Shown here: piece after piece, positions 24,506-33,826 of the stretch
Layout: the number at the start of each line of letters is the position of its first letter
Position numbering within the stretch: position 1 is the stretch's first letter
Program-made: the position numbers and the translations under genes
The notes under the pieces: generated by a model
Told to the model about the DNA's origin: nothing
What the model saw: only the letters and a program-made list of their open reading frames with translations
Database searches by the model: none
DNA from: Oscillospiraceae bacterium
GTDB lineage: Bacteria; Bacillota; Clostridia; Oscillospirales; CAG-272
Assembly: GCA_015064185.1 (NCBI GenBank)
Contig: SVSS01000007.1
Span: 1,444 to 65,443 of the forward strand
Direction of reading: 5' to 3'
DNA: 64,000 nt

Positions 24506-25306
24506 ATGGCACAATGTATGTGTAAAATGACGCTTGATGTAGCAGAGCGTGATTCGATAGCGACTGTTGTGGCAAGACAGGGTGACAGTGCTACGCGATT
24601 CTTGCAGGTCTATCTGCTTTCCTGCGGAGAGCCGATGAGTGTTGAGGAAAGCGTTACAGTAGTGTTGAATGCAAAAAATGCTGCAGGCGAGATCCGCGCC
24701 TTTGAGGGCGAGGTTTGTGCTGATGGCACACTGATGCTACCGCTGAATGCGTGGATGCTGCGTGCGGTCGGTATTGTACAATGCGACGTTTCTTTGTTCA
24801 ATGCCGGCGGTGGTAAACTCACAACGCCACCCTTTGAGGTAGAGGTTGTGGCTTCCATTGCAGATGACAGAATGTTGCCGGGAGATGATGACGGCGGCGA
24901 AAGCATTACCGCCCGCCTGCTTGCCGAGGAAAAGGTTTATGCGCTTGATCCTGTGTTGCAGGAGGGAGAGTATAATCTTTATCCGCTTTGCAACCGCAAA
25001 TATGCGCTGGATCTTTCCGATGATATCTATGCTTCGGGCGAGGGCTGGAAATCACTGTCCTTGGTTTTGCCTGTACCTGAGGATACCGATAGCGATAATT
25101 GGATCCTGATCTACTGTCATGCGCCCTTGCGTGTTGCGGGAGCTGTTTCCATTGATTGGGGCGATGCGACGTCTTTGCTCTTTGCCGATGGCAAGATACC
25201 CGAAATTACCGTAGGGGACTTTGACGTGATCTGCACGTACTCAAAGGCTGCGGGAAAATGGCAGATCGGCGCTGTGCAATACGAAAGTGTGGGTGAGGCA
25301 CAATGA
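24506..25306 (+). CDS. phage baseplate-upper-protein (BppU) N-domain-like protein
   Basis: VARQGDSATRFLQVYLLSCGEPMSVEESVTVVLNAKNAAGEIRAFEGEVCADGTLMLPLNAWMLRAVGIVQCDVSLF...TTPPFEVEVVASI follows the BppU_N pattern (D.nSR.l.f.L...G.P.dl....v.......G........dG.v...l....l...G....e..l.......s..F...V..s). AGGAGG lies 7 nt before the ATG at 24506. Confidence 0.6.
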   Translation: MAQCMCKMTLDVAERDSIATVVARQGDSATRFLQVYLLSCGEPMSVEESVTVVLNAKNAAGEIRAFEGEVCADGTLMLPLNAWMLRAVGIVQCDVSLFNAGGGKLTTPPFEVEVVASIADDRMLPGDDDGGESITARLLAEEKVYALDPVLQEGEYNLYPLCNRKYALDLSDDIYASGEGWKSLSLVLPVPEDTDSDNWILIYCHAPLRVAGAVSIDWGDATSLLFADGKIPEITVGDFDVICTYSKAAGKWQIGAVQYESVGEAQ

Positions 25307-26763
25307 CCGAGCACGTAAAGCAAAAGCATCTTCTTTCCATCAATCGCAGAAGGCACGCATGGTCGGTATCCTTTGATCTTGACAGTGTATCGCCGGACGG
25401 GACAAGAGAGGATCTTGCGCGCAATATGGTGGCGAATGTTGCTATTGGCAACAGTGTGGTACGCAACGATTTTGATAGGATATCTATCTTTCAGCGCCCC
25501 ATATTTAACGCCACTTGGGATAGTGCGACACAGCGTTGGGTGGATTTTGTGGCACAGGGGGAGCCCGGCTTTAGCTTTTCTCCCACAGAGGAAAACCGAG
25601 AGGTGGTGTACCGCTGTCAGCCATTTTGGTATAGGCTTGAATTTGAGGGACTGTACGGTCCCAAATTTGTGTCTGTTACCGATACTCCCCAAGAGGGTTA
25701 CAAGCTTGCGCCAATTTTCAAGGACGGTGAGACCTATGAATACCGCCCCTGCTTTGAACTGGGTATTGGCAGTGACGGAAAGCCGCATTCTCGCGCGGGG
25801 CTAATTCCGTATGAGAGCGCGCCCGTTCAGCTTATGAGCAAGGTACGCACCTATGACGGCAACGCGGCACGCACCGAAACAATGGCAGAGTGGTTTTCCG
25901 ATTATCTTTTACTCCTTGTCGAATTTGGCACGAGAAATCTGCAGGGCATTATGCACGGTGTCGCCAAGGGCGAACTGATGACAACCGTGAACTACAATAA
26001 TAACTACCATAAAAAGGGCATTTATGCTGATGAGTCCGGCGTTTTTGAGGCGGGAAAAATGTATCGCATTACCTATACCGAAAACGGTATCCCGGCATCG
26101 GTAGATTGCAAATTGCTGTCGATCAGTGAAACGAAGGAAGAGGATTTTGGATATTATCTTGACTTCGAGATGGACGATGTTGAGTCCTTTGTGAGACAGT
26201 ACAAGAGCTTCTGCTTGTACGAGATGCCCGCCAAGACCGGGCAAGCGCTCCCGCTTATCACAAGTGCCAGCTCCGGCAGGGCGGGTGAGGATCTCTATAG
26301 TCCAATTGTGTGGCGCGGCAAGGAAAATCCTTGGGGAAACTTCTCCTCGTTTATCTGTGACGTGCTTTTCGAACTGCCCGGCGAGCAGGGGATCTTTTAT
26401 CCGTACAAGCTCTCTGACGTGAGGAATTTTGACGGAACGTTAAATGAAGGGTATACCAAATATACGTATCAACCTCAGGCCTTGCTGTCGAGCATGCGAA
26501 CGTATATCGCTTCCTTTACAACAGCAAACGAGGAGTGCTTTTTGATTCCGGCTGCGTTTCATCAGAAAAATTCGCAGCATTATTTTGCCGCTTGCGTGGC
26601 AGTTTACCCATTTTTCGCCCAAAAGGGCTTGCGTTTTTTGCGTGTGGGCGGAGACTACACAACAGATATTGGCATCAGCCATGCCGCGTATGAGCTGTTT
26701 GGCGAAGAGGAAGGCACACTGGCATTCGGTGGCAGACTGATTTTGCAGGAGGCAATATCATGA
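25303..26763 (+). CDS. phage tail-fibre / receptor-binding-like protein (uncharacterised family)
   Basis: ATGA overlap with the upstream gene. NDFDRISIFQRPIF..., EFGTRNLQGIMHG and WRGKENPWGNFSSF resemble motifs I remember from Firmicute prophage tail-fibre-region proteins (FD.IYPW.., EFgT.n.Q, YRGIEN.WGN). No search was done. Confidence 0.5.
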   Translation: MTEHVKQKHLLSINRRRHAWSVSFDLDSVSPDGTREDLARNMVANVAIGNSVVRNDFDRISIFQRPIFNATWDSATQRWVDFVAQGEPGFSFSPTEENREVVYRCQPFWYRLEFEGLYGPKFVSVTDTPQEGYKLAPIFKDGETYEYRPCFELGIGSDGKPHSRAGLIPYESAPVQLMSKVRTYDGNAARTETMAEWFSDYLLLLVEFGTRNLQGIMHGVAKGELMTTVNYNNNYHKKGIYADESGVFEAGKMYRITYTENGIPASVDCKLLSISETKEEDFGYYLDFEMDDVESFVRQYKSFCLYEMPAKTGQALPLITSASSGRAGEDLYSPIVWRGKENPWGNFSSFICDVLFELPGEQGIFYPYKLSDVRNFDGTLNEGYTKYTYQPQALLSSMRTYIASFTTANEECFLIPAAFHQKNSQHYFAACVAVYPFFAQKGLRFLRVGGDYTTDIGISHAAYELFGEEEGTLAFGGRLILQEAIS

Positions 26764-27002
26764 ATAGGTATATCATCAAGAACAATGCCCCTGTGTCACC
26801 CCCTGCTTCGGGCGTGACGGTCAAGGGCAGAGTGATCTCTAATTTTGCAAATCGCATCAAAAATGATGCAGCTTTTGCCGTAGCAAACGGCTATTATCCG
26901 CTTGCTGAAACATTTCCCGAAGAGGAGCAGCTTGAGATGGAGCCGTGTGGCGAGGGCAAATATGTCCTTGTCGACGGTAAATGGGTGTTTGAACGGCAAT
27001 AA
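26760..27002 (+). CDS. small protein (80 aa), possible tail-fibre accessory/assembly factor
   Basis: ATGA overlap with the upstream gene. No recognised motif. The call rests on position only. Confidence 0.4.
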   Translation: MNRYIIKNNAPVSPPASGVTVKGRVISNFANRIKNDAAFAVANGYYPLAETFPEEEQLEMEPCGEGKYVLVDGKWVFERQ

Positions 27003-27009
27003 ACAAAAA

Positions 27010-27036
27010 GGGCGCTATGGCATTTGCCATAGCGCC
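27010..27036. terminator. bidirectional hairpin between the cassette and gpsA
   Basis: GGCGCTATGGCA-TT-TGCCATAGCGCC. Confidence 0.7.
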
Positions 27037-27044
27037 TGATAAGA

Positions 27045-28013
27045 TCAGAATTCATTTTTGATACTGCGCTCAAACAGCGAGAAAAGCGCTTGCTTTATGG
27101 GTCTGTTATGATAGAGTACATCTTCAATGGTACGGCAGATCGGCAACTCGGTTGCGGTCTGCTCTCCCAGGGTGTTGAGCGCACGTACGGTATAGTAGCC
27201 TTCGGCAAGATCGGGGAATTGCTCGCCTTTGGCAAAGGCCTCGCCAAAGCGGCGGTTGTGACTGTAGGGCGAAAAGACGGTAGCCTCATAGTCGCCAAGG
27301 TGGCATAGACCGTAGGCAGAAAGCTCGTTACCGCCAATGGCTTTGATCAGGCGCGCGATCTCTCTTGTGCCGCGCGACATAAGAGCACCCTTTAAGGGCG
27401 AAAGCGCTATGCCGTCAAGCAGTCCTGCGGCAATACCGATCACGTTTTTTGCTGCCGCGCCGATCTCGTTGCCAATGAGATCCTGCCCGTAGTAAAAGCG
27501 GATCAGTGTGCTCGAAAATGCATCTACAAGCGCACGCTTGATGCTCTCGTCATTGCTATCGATCACCATGCAGTTGGGAATGCCCGCGCAAAAGGCCTGT
27601 ACGTGGCCGGGGCCAAGCCATACGGCTGTTTTAACGGCATCGCCAAGCTCCTCATCAAGAATTGTGGTAAGGCGCTTTCCTGTGCCAATCTCAAGCCCTT
27701 TCATGCAAAGCACGGCGGTGCCACTGTTAAAGCCCTGCGCATGCAGCTCGCGGCATAACGCGCGCAGCCCCTGTGAGCCAATGGAAATGACGAGCACGTC
27801 AATATTGCTTAGTGCTTCTTTTAAATCACAGCAAAGTCTTACGTTATCCGGCAGACGCATCAGGTCATTGGCACGCGTGGTGAGAAAAGCCTGCATATGA
27901 GGGGAGCTTTCTCTGCCGTAGAGCGTGACGTGAAAGCCGAGATCGGCTAAATATTTGGCGATAAAGCTGCCCCATCTGCCGCAACCGATCACTCCAATAT
28001 TTCGAATAATCAA
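27045..28013 (-). CDS. gpsA: NAD(P)H-dependent glycerol-3-phosphate dehydrogenase
   Basis: IGVIGCGRWGS Rossmann motif. 322 aa with a GpsA-like C-terminal domain. Apparent TTG start. Confidence 0.9.
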   Translation of the reverse strand: MIIRNIGVIGCGRWGSFIAKYLADLGFHVTLYGRESSPHMQAFLTTRANDLMRLPDNVRLCCDLKEALSNIDVLVISIGSQGLRALCRELHAQGFNSGTAVLCMKGLEIGTGKRLTTILDEELGDAVKTAVWLGPGHVQAFCAGIPNCMVIDSNDESIKRALVDAFSSTLIRFYYGQDLIGNEIGAAAKNVIGIAAGLLDGIALSPLKGALMSRGTREIARLIKAIGGNELSAYGLCHLGDYEATVFSPYSHNRRFGEAFAKGEQFPDLAEGYYTVRALNTLGEQTATELPICRTIEDVLYHNRPIKQALFSLFERSIKNEF

Positions 28014-28192
28014 TTTATGTATTTCCTTTCATTGTAATAAAGGGATCTCAGTATGCTTTTTCAGTAGTTGAGAATAGTATTTATTATAGCATATTGTGGC
28101 ATAAGTGTCAAGATAAGAGAAGGGATTGAGGGCAAGTGAAGGTGATGAAAAAATGGCCTTTTCAACAATTTTAAATATTTTTAAAAAAGGGG

Positions 28193-28221
28193 TTGACAAG
28201 CAGGGTAAAACATGTTATAAT
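28193..28221 (+). promoter_or_regulatory. consensus promoter (TTGACA-17-TATAAT) of the tRNA-Thr/tRNA-Tyr unit
   Basis: TTGACA at 28193-28198, TATAAT at 28216-28221. Confidence 0.8.
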
Positions 28222-28239
28222 CTATCTCGTTCCGAATTC

Positions 28240-28314
28240 GCTGGTGTGGCTCAATGGCAGAGCAGCTGATTTGTAATCAGCAGGTTGTTGGTTCGACTCC
28301 GATCACCAGCTCCA
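28240..28314 (+). tRNA. tRNA-Thr (anticodon UGU)
   Basis: Manual cloverleaf: acceptor GCTGGTG/CACCAGC, D arm GCTC..GAGC, anticodon stem GCTGA/TCAGC with loop TTTGTAA, T loop TTCGACT, encoded CCA. Confidence 0.9.
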
Positions 28315-28362
28315 GTGATGTTCGGCGGCGGCAACCGCCGCCGATATCAAATAATTTCATAG

Positions 28363-28447
28363 GGGAGCGTTCCCGAGTGGCCAAAGGGGACAGACTGTAA
28401 ATCTGCTGGCAATGCCTTCGGTGGTCCGAATCCACCCGCTCCCACCA
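28363..28447 (+). tRNA. tRNA-Tyr (anticodon GUA), long variable arm
   Basis: Acceptor GGGAGCG/CGCTCCC, anticodon loop CTGTAAA, long variable arm, T loop TCCGAATCC region, encoded CCA. Confidence 0.88.
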
Positions 28448-28485
28448 AACGAAAAAGCCCGACCTTGTGTCGGGCTTTTTCGTTT
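28448..28485 (+). terminator. intrinsic terminator after tRNA-Tyr
   Basis: AACGAAAAAGCCCGAC-CTTGT-GTCGGGCTTTTTCGTTT. Confidence 0.85.
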
Positions 28486-28490
28486 GGTGA

Positions 28491-28625
28491 GCGCGGTGTC
28501 CATTTGGACACCGCGTGGCCGAAAGAATTGCAAAGCAATTCTTTTTGCGCCGCCAGTGGCGGCGCGGCGAATAGGCGGCAGAGCCGCCGCCACCCGTTGG
28601 GAGCTTTAGAAAGTGGATTCGGAAG
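28491..28625. repeat. 135-bp four-hairpin repeat, copy 1
   Basis: CGCGGTGTCCA-TT-TGGACACCGCG, AAAGAATTGC-AAA-GCAATTCTTT, GCGCCGCC-AGT-GGCGGCGC, GGCGG-CAGAG-CCGCC. The first 96 bp are identical to copy 2. Confidence 0.85.
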
Positions 28626-28721
28626 CCCGTGCGTATCGCGTGGCGGCGCAAAAAGCTGCCGGTGGCAGGTTTTTAGGGCGTGGACCTCATGTGTGAAAGC
28701 ATCGGAGAGGGGAGCGAGAGT

Positions 28722-28856
28722 GCGCGGTGTCCATTTGGACACCGCGTGGCCGAAAGAATTGCAAAGCAATTCTTTTTGCGCCGCCAGTGGCGGCGCGGCG
28801 AATAGGCGGCAGAGCCGACGCCACCCGCGGGGAGCTTTAGAGCGTGGATTCGGAGG
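28722..28856. repeat. 135-bp four-hairpin repeat, copy 2
   Basis: Direct repeat of 28491-28625 at a 231-bp period. I count 6 mismatches, all in the last 40 bp. Confidence 0.85.
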
Positions 28857-28911
28857 AATGTGCATCAACTATATCCATAGAAGCTCTTTACATTGCGGTG
28901 AAAAGGAGAAT

Positions 28912-30351
28912 TTAATTCCGCTTCCAAACGCTCGGCGAAAAAAGAATGAGCAAGGGCATAAATTCAAGCCTTCCCGCCAACATATCAAAGGATAAAAGCA
29001 GCTTTGAAAAATAGGAAAAGCCTGAGTAATTTCCCGTGGGACCAACCACACTAAAGCCGGGGCCGATATTGTTGATGCAGGCAAGTGTGGCTGAGAGATT
29101 TGTTTCAAGATCAAACCCGTCAAGGGAAAGCAATAGCGTGGTAAGCACCGTCAGTGCAAAATAAACGGAAAGGTAATTGGCGGTTGCGTGAAGTGTTGTT
29201 TCCGATATCGCATCGCCGTCAAGACGTACCACGTTTACCGAACGGGGGCGCACTGTTTTTTTGATGCTGCGGAAGATGTTTTTTACAGCAATGATCACAC
29301 GTGAGATCTTTAAGCCGCCTGCGGTGGAGCCCGCACAGCTACCAAGAATCATCAGTAAAAGCAGGATCGTTTTTGAGAAAGAGGGCCAATGATTAAAATC
29401 GGTGGTGGCAAAACCTGTAGTAGAAACGATGGTGGAAACCTGGAAAAACGAGGTGCGGATTGCATCTTCCGTGCTTGCGAAACAATCAAAAATATTTGCG
29501 GTGATAGCAATGGTAGACAGCACGCAAATAAGAAGATAGAGCCGCAGCTCTTCGTTTTTGAAGATGTCCTTAAACCGCTTTACCAAAAGTAAGAAATAGA
29601 CATTAAAGTTGATGCCGAATATGATCATAAAAATGCCAATGATCCACTCAGCGGCGGGATTGCTGTAAGCCCCGATGGAGGCGTTCTTTACCGAAAATCC
29701 GCCCGTGCCCGCTGTAGCAAAGGCGTTCACGACCGAGTCGTAAAGCGGCATTTTCGTCAATAGGAGAAGAAATATCAGAATCAGCGTCAAGCACATGTAG
29801 ATGCCGTAGAGAATGAGTGCTGTTTGGCGCATCTTGGGCACGATCTTGTCCTTGGTGGGACCCGGCACCTCTGCGCGCAGCAGGTGCATCGCCTGCCCGT
29901 TGTCGGCGGGCAAAATGGCAAGCATAAAGACAAGAACGCCCATGCCGCCTACCCAGTGTGTAAAGCTTCTCCAGAACAAAATACCCTTTGGCAGGCTCTC
30001 TACCTCGGTTAAGATAGAGGCGCCCGTGGTGGTAAAGCCCGATACGGTTTCAAAAAATGCATCGATATAGTTTGGGATCGCCCCACTAAAGAAGAAGGGG
30101 AGGGCACCGAACAGAGAAAGTAACACCCAAGCGCCTGCCGCGGTGACAAAGCCTTCCTTCGCGTAGATCCGCGTGTCCTTTGGCTTTCGGCAGATCAGCG
30201 GAAAGGAAAGGACGATCAGTGCGGCAACGGTAAGAAGAAAGGGCACGGGCGATTCCCTAAAGACCATGGAAACGATCAAGGGCAGTACCATCAAGGCTGC
30301 CTCGATCAGCATAATGATACCAAATAGGTATCCAAGCATTCGATAATTCAT
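28912..30351 (-). CDS. trkH: TrkH/KtrB-family potassium uptake protein
   Basis: 479-aa polytopic protein with repeated M1-P-M2 units containing GFTTTG/TGGFS-type selectivity loops. Adjacent to trkA. Confidence 0.9.
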   Translation of the reverse strand: MNYRMLGYLFGIIMLIEAALMVLPLIVSMVFRESPVPFLLTVAALIVLSFPLICRKPKDTRIYAKEGFVTAAGAWVLLSLFGALPFFFSGAIPNYIDAFFETVSGFTTTGASILTEVESLPKGILFWRSFTHWVGGMGVLVFMLAILPADNGQAMHLLRAEVPGPTKDKIVPKMRQTALILYGIYMCLTLILIFLLLLTKMPLYDSVVNAFATAGTGGFSVKNASIGAYSNPAAEWIIGIFMIIFGINFNVYFLLLVKRFKDIFKNEELRLYLLICVLSTIAITANIFDCFASTEDAIRTSFFQVSTIVSTTGFATTDFNHWPSFSKTILLLLMILGSCAGSTAGGLKISRVIIAVKNIFRSIKKTVRPRSVNVVRLDGDAISETTLHATANYLSVYFALTVLTTLLLSLDGFDLETNLSATLACINNIGPGFSVVGPTGNYSGFSYFSKLLLSFDMLAGRLEFMPLLILFSPSVWKRN

Positions 30352-30362
30352 ATCATACCCTC

Positions 30363-31721
30363 TTAAGCAATAATATCTTTGATGCTTTCGGTACGCTTGC
30401 CGCTTGTAACCACGATAACGGTGTCGTTTTTGGAGATCACATCATCGCCTGTGGGGATAATGACATTATTTCCTCGCACAATGCAGGCGATCAGCACGCC
30501 CGCACGGGGCTTTAGCTGCTTTAGAGGGATATCCGTTACATCCTCAATGGGGCTGTTGATCGAAAATTCAAGCGCCTCAACACTGTCGTTTAGAATTTTG
30601 TGAAGTGCCTCAATATCCGATGCCTCACCGGCACTCGTCATGGAGCGCACGTATCGCACGATATTCGAAACGGTGGAGGATTTGGGGGAAACGATGCTTT
30701 CAAGCCCCGCGCTCTTAAAGAAATCCATATAGGAGATGCGGCTGATCATGGTAATGACCTTATCAAGCTCCAGGGATTTGGCGTACATCGAAATAATGGC
30801 GTTTTCCTCGTCAACGTCCGAGAGGGCAAGAAAGGCATCTGCCTTTTTTATTCCCGCCTCAAGCAGGGTTTCCTGACGCGAGCTGTCATCACAGATCACC
30901 GTGCAGCTGTAATCTGCGGCAAGTGCGTGGCAGACCTCCTCGTCCTTTTCAATGATGGTCGAATTGATCTTGGCATTTTGCAGCAGACTCTGCAAATAAT
31001 AGGTGGTGCGCCCACCGCCCGCGATCAACACGTTTTTGATCGGTGTTTTATAAACACCCATTGCCTTGAAAAGATTGGTGAGCTCCTTGTCAGGGGCGGT
31101 TACGCAAACGGTATCGCCTGCCTCAAGTGAGAAATGACCGGAGGGAATGTGCGCTTGCCCCTCGCGAAGCACGCCGCACACCAGAAATTTGATGTTAAGC
31201 TTGCGGCGCAGCTCGTTTAATGTAATGCCGCAAAACGGCGAGCTTTCCTCAATGATAAATTCAGCAAGCTCTACCTTGCCGCGGCAAAACGTATTGATCT
31301 TTGCAGCGGAAGGGAAGCGGAGCAAGCGATAGATCTCGTTTGCTGCAGCAAGCTCGGGGTTTATGGTAAAGGAAAGATTCATGTCGCTTTGTAAAAGCTG
31401 CATCAGCTCTGAATATTCGGGATTGCGCACGCGCGCCACGGTATGCTTGGTGCCAAGCTTGCGTGCGGCCGCGCAGCACAGAATATTGGTTTCATCCTTT
31501 GCAGAAACCGCAATGAGAAGATCTGCCTTGTCGGCATGCGCCTTGCGCAGTATCGAAATTTCTGCACCGTTACCCGCAACGCCAAAAACATCGCAGCTGT
31601 TAGCGATTTCGGAAAGCGCGGCGGCGTTTTCATCTACCACGGTAATGTCATGATTTTCACGGGCAAGCTGTGCGCAAATAGCGGAGCCTACTGTTCCACC
31701 GCCCACGATTATAATGTTCAT
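30363..31721 (-). CDS. trkA: Trk system NAD-binding component TrkA
   Basis: Two RCK/KTN Rossmann repeats (IIIVGGGTVGS and VLIAGGGRTTY). 452 aa. Confidence 0.9.
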   Translation of the reverse strand: MNIIIVGGGTVGSAICAQLARENHDITVVDENAAALSEIANSCDVFGVAGNGAEISILRKAHADKADLLIAVSAKDETNILCCAAARKLGTKHTVARVRNPEYSELMQLLQSDMNLSFTINPELAAANEIYRLLRFPSAAKINTFCRGKVELAEFIIEESSPFCGITLNELRRKLNIKFLVCGVLREGQAHIPSGHFSLEAGDTVCVTAPDKELTNLFKAMGVYKTPIKNVLIAGGGRTTYYLQSLLQNAKINSTIIEKDEEVCHALAADYSCTVICDDSSRQETLLEAGIKKADAFLALSDVDEENAIISMYAKSLELDKVITMISRISYMDFFKSAGLESIVSPKSSTVSNIVRYVRSMTSAGEASDIEALHKILNDSVEALEFSINSPIEDVTDIPLKQLKPRAGVLIACIVRGNNVIIPTGDDVISKNDTVIVVTSGKRTESIKDIIA

Positions 31722-31940
31722 ACTGTTTGATAAACCTTTCTTTTGCAGCCTGTATCAGATCGCATACTGCAAAGTTTATATTGTATTATAACACATAATT
31801 AGTATATTTTCAATATCTAAAAAAATCTTGCGCGTAAAAACCGTTTGAAAAGCCGTGCATTTCTGCTTTTGTGTTGATTTTGACAGCGTTGTGTGATATA
31901 CTATATACATTACGCAATGTATTATATGAAAGAGGTTTTC

Positions 31941-32840
31941 ATGCTTACAGCCCGCCGTTTGAAGTTCAAAGAGGTTACCACTGCTGATCTTGATTTGATC
32001 GCACCCTATTTTGCTAAGAAAAAAGCTATGATTGCTGATCACAGCATACTGTATCTCCATATGTGGGGGGCGCTTCTTGGTACAGAATACGCAATTGATG
32101 ATGACGTGCTGCTTTTGCGCCGCAACGGCAAGCGCGGCATTTCCTATTATCCGCCACTTGGCAGGGGAGAGGTCGGGCTTAAAACGCATATTTCTCGCCT
32201 TGCTTCACTCGGTGAAGCAGAGATCGTGCTTTCTGCCGTTCCTGCGCATGCCGTAGCCGAAATCGAGAGCGAATATCAGGTGTTGGAAAAGGAAACCTCG
32301 CGCCGCTGGGCTGACTATATTTATAATGCTCACGATCTTGCAACCCTGCAAGGGCATCGATATAACAAAAAGCGCAACCTCGTGCATCAATTTGAGCGTT
32401 TGTATCCCACGCACACGTATGAGGATATTACTGCGGAAAATCTTGCCGACGTAGTGGCATTTATGCAGAGCTTTATGCTGGAAGACCGAGAAAACGCAGA
32501 TAAAAATTATGAGAACGAGCGTGTGCTCCATATTCTTGCCGAATACGATCGGTTGCCGGTGATTGGCGGGCTTTTGCGCGTGGAGGGTCAAGTGGCTGCG
32601 TTTACCGTAGCTGAGCATATCGATAACACGCTTTTGGTGCACGTGGAAAAGGCAGACCGTCGCTTTAAGGGTGTGTATCAGTATATCAATTACCGTTTTG
32701 TGCGTGAGCAGATGCAAAAAAGAGAATTTCAATTTGTCAATCGCGAGGATGATGCAGGGGATGAGGGGCTGCGTCAGGCAAAGCTCTCCTATTGTCCCGT
32801 GGATATCTTGCATAAGTACCGCATGGTGCTGAAATTTTAG
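31941..32840 (+). CDS. DUF2156-like protein (lysyl-PG-synthase C-domain-like fold), tentative
   Basis: MLTARRLKFKEVTTADLDLIAPYF...HSILYLHMWG resembles stand-alone DUF2156 proteins. The ATG at 31941 follows GAAAGAGG. Confidence 0.55.
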   Translation: MLTARRLKFKEVTTADLDLIAPYFAKKKAMIADHSILYLHMWGALLGTEYAIDDDVLLLRRNGKRGISYYPPLGRGEVGLKTHISRLASLGEAEIVLSAVPAHAVAEIESEYQVLEKETSRRWADYIYNAHDLATLQGHRYNKKRNLVHQFERLYPTHTYEDITAENLADVVAFMQSFMLEDRENADKNYENERVLHILAEYDRLPVIGGLLRVEGQVAAFTVAEHIDNTLLVHVEKADRRFKGVYQYINYRFVREQMQKREFQFVNREDDAGDEGLRQAKLSYCPVDILHKYRMVLKF

Positions 32841-32849
32841 GAGGCGGTT

Positions 32850-33797
32850 ATGAAAATTGTGATATTGGATGCCGCAACACTTGGTGCGGATATTGATCTT
32901 TCACCCATAGGGGTGCTTGGAGAGATGACGGTGTATGAAAGAACCGATGTGGCGCAGATCTCCGCGCGTCTTGCCGATGCTGACGTTGCCGTGGTCAACA
33001 AGCTTAAAATGAATGAAATGACCCTTGACGGTGCAAAAAAACTAAAGGTTATTTGCGTTACTGCCACGGGGTATGATAATGTTGATATTGCTTATTGCGC
33101 ATCACGTAGTGTTGCGGTTTGCAATGTGCCTGCTTATTCTACCGATAGCGTGGCGCAGGTCACGCTTGCCATGGCACTTTCTCTTACCACCCATTTGTTT
33201 GCCTACCGTGCGCACGTTACAAGCGGTGGTTATACTGCAGGGGGCGTGGCAAATTGCCTTGTACCCGTCTATCATGAAATATCCTCGCTCACTTGGGGCG
33301 TGGTTGGTGGCGGCGGTATCGGCAGACGCGTAGCAGAGGTGGCAAGAGCCATGGGTTGCCGCGTGCTGATGTGCCGCAAGCAGCCCGAAACCGAGTTTGA
33401 AGGTGCCGATCTTGACACGCTTTGCCGTGAGGCGGATATCATTTCGCTTCACGTGCCGCTGACTGACCAAACGCGCGGCATGATCACAAAGGAGCGCATA
33501 CGTGCCATGAAAAAGGGCGCGATCCTTATCAACGTGGCGCGCGGCGCTGTCGCCGATGAGGCGGCGCTTGCCGAGGCGATCGAAGCGGGGCATCTTGGTG
33601 GACTTGGTATCGACGTATTTGAAAGGGAGCCCTTTGCTGCCGATCACCCCTATTGCCGCATCATGGACCGTGAAAACGTTTGTCTTACCCCCCATATGGC
33701 ATGGGGTGCCTTTGAGGCACGCGCAAGATGTGTGTCGACCGTGGCAGAAAACATAAAAGCCTTTTTTGTAGGCGAAAAAAAGAACCGTATTGTTTGA
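32850..33797 (+). CDS. D-isomer-specific 2-hydroxyacid dehydrogenase (glycerate/hydroxypyruvate reductase type)
   Basis: GVVGGGGIGRRVA NAD site. The INVARG...E...TPHMAW segment supplies the catalytic Arg/Glu/His. Confidence 0.85.
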   Translation: MKIVILDAATLGADIDLSPIGVLGEMTVYERTDVAQISARLADADVAVVNKLKMNEMTLDGAKKLKVICVTATGYDNVDIAYCASRSVAVCNVPAYSTDSVAQVTLAMALSLTTHLFAYRAHVTSGGYTAGGVANCLVPVYHEISSLTWGVVGGGGIGRRVAEVARAMGCRVLMCRKQPETEFEGADLDTLCREADIISLHVPLTDQTRGMITKERIRAMKKGAILINVARGAVADEAALAEAIEAGHLGGLGIDVFEREPFAADHPYCRIMDRENVCLTPHMAWGAFEARARCVSTVAENIKAFFVGEKKNRIV

Positions 33798-33826
33798 TCG
33801 TGGATTAAAATTTGTAAAAAGAAAAA

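Noticed and set aside
24506-27002. Diversity-generating retroelement targeting the tail-fibre-like protein
   Set aside because: There is no reverse transcriptase. I could see no template/variable repeat pair in or near the cassette.
28347-28995. 173-aa (minus) and 176-aa (plus) ORFs across the 135-bp repeats
   Set aside because: Both run through tandem hairpin repeats. The minus one even runs through tRNA-Tyr and its terminator. Internally repeated peptide sequence simply mirrors the DNA repeat.
31722-31940. Searched for a c-di-AMP (ydaO/kimA-type) riboswitch upstream of trkA-trkH
   Set aside because: Only a TTGAAA-17-TATAAT promoter and a ~60-nt leader with one small hairpin are present. 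This is far too short for that riboswitch class.
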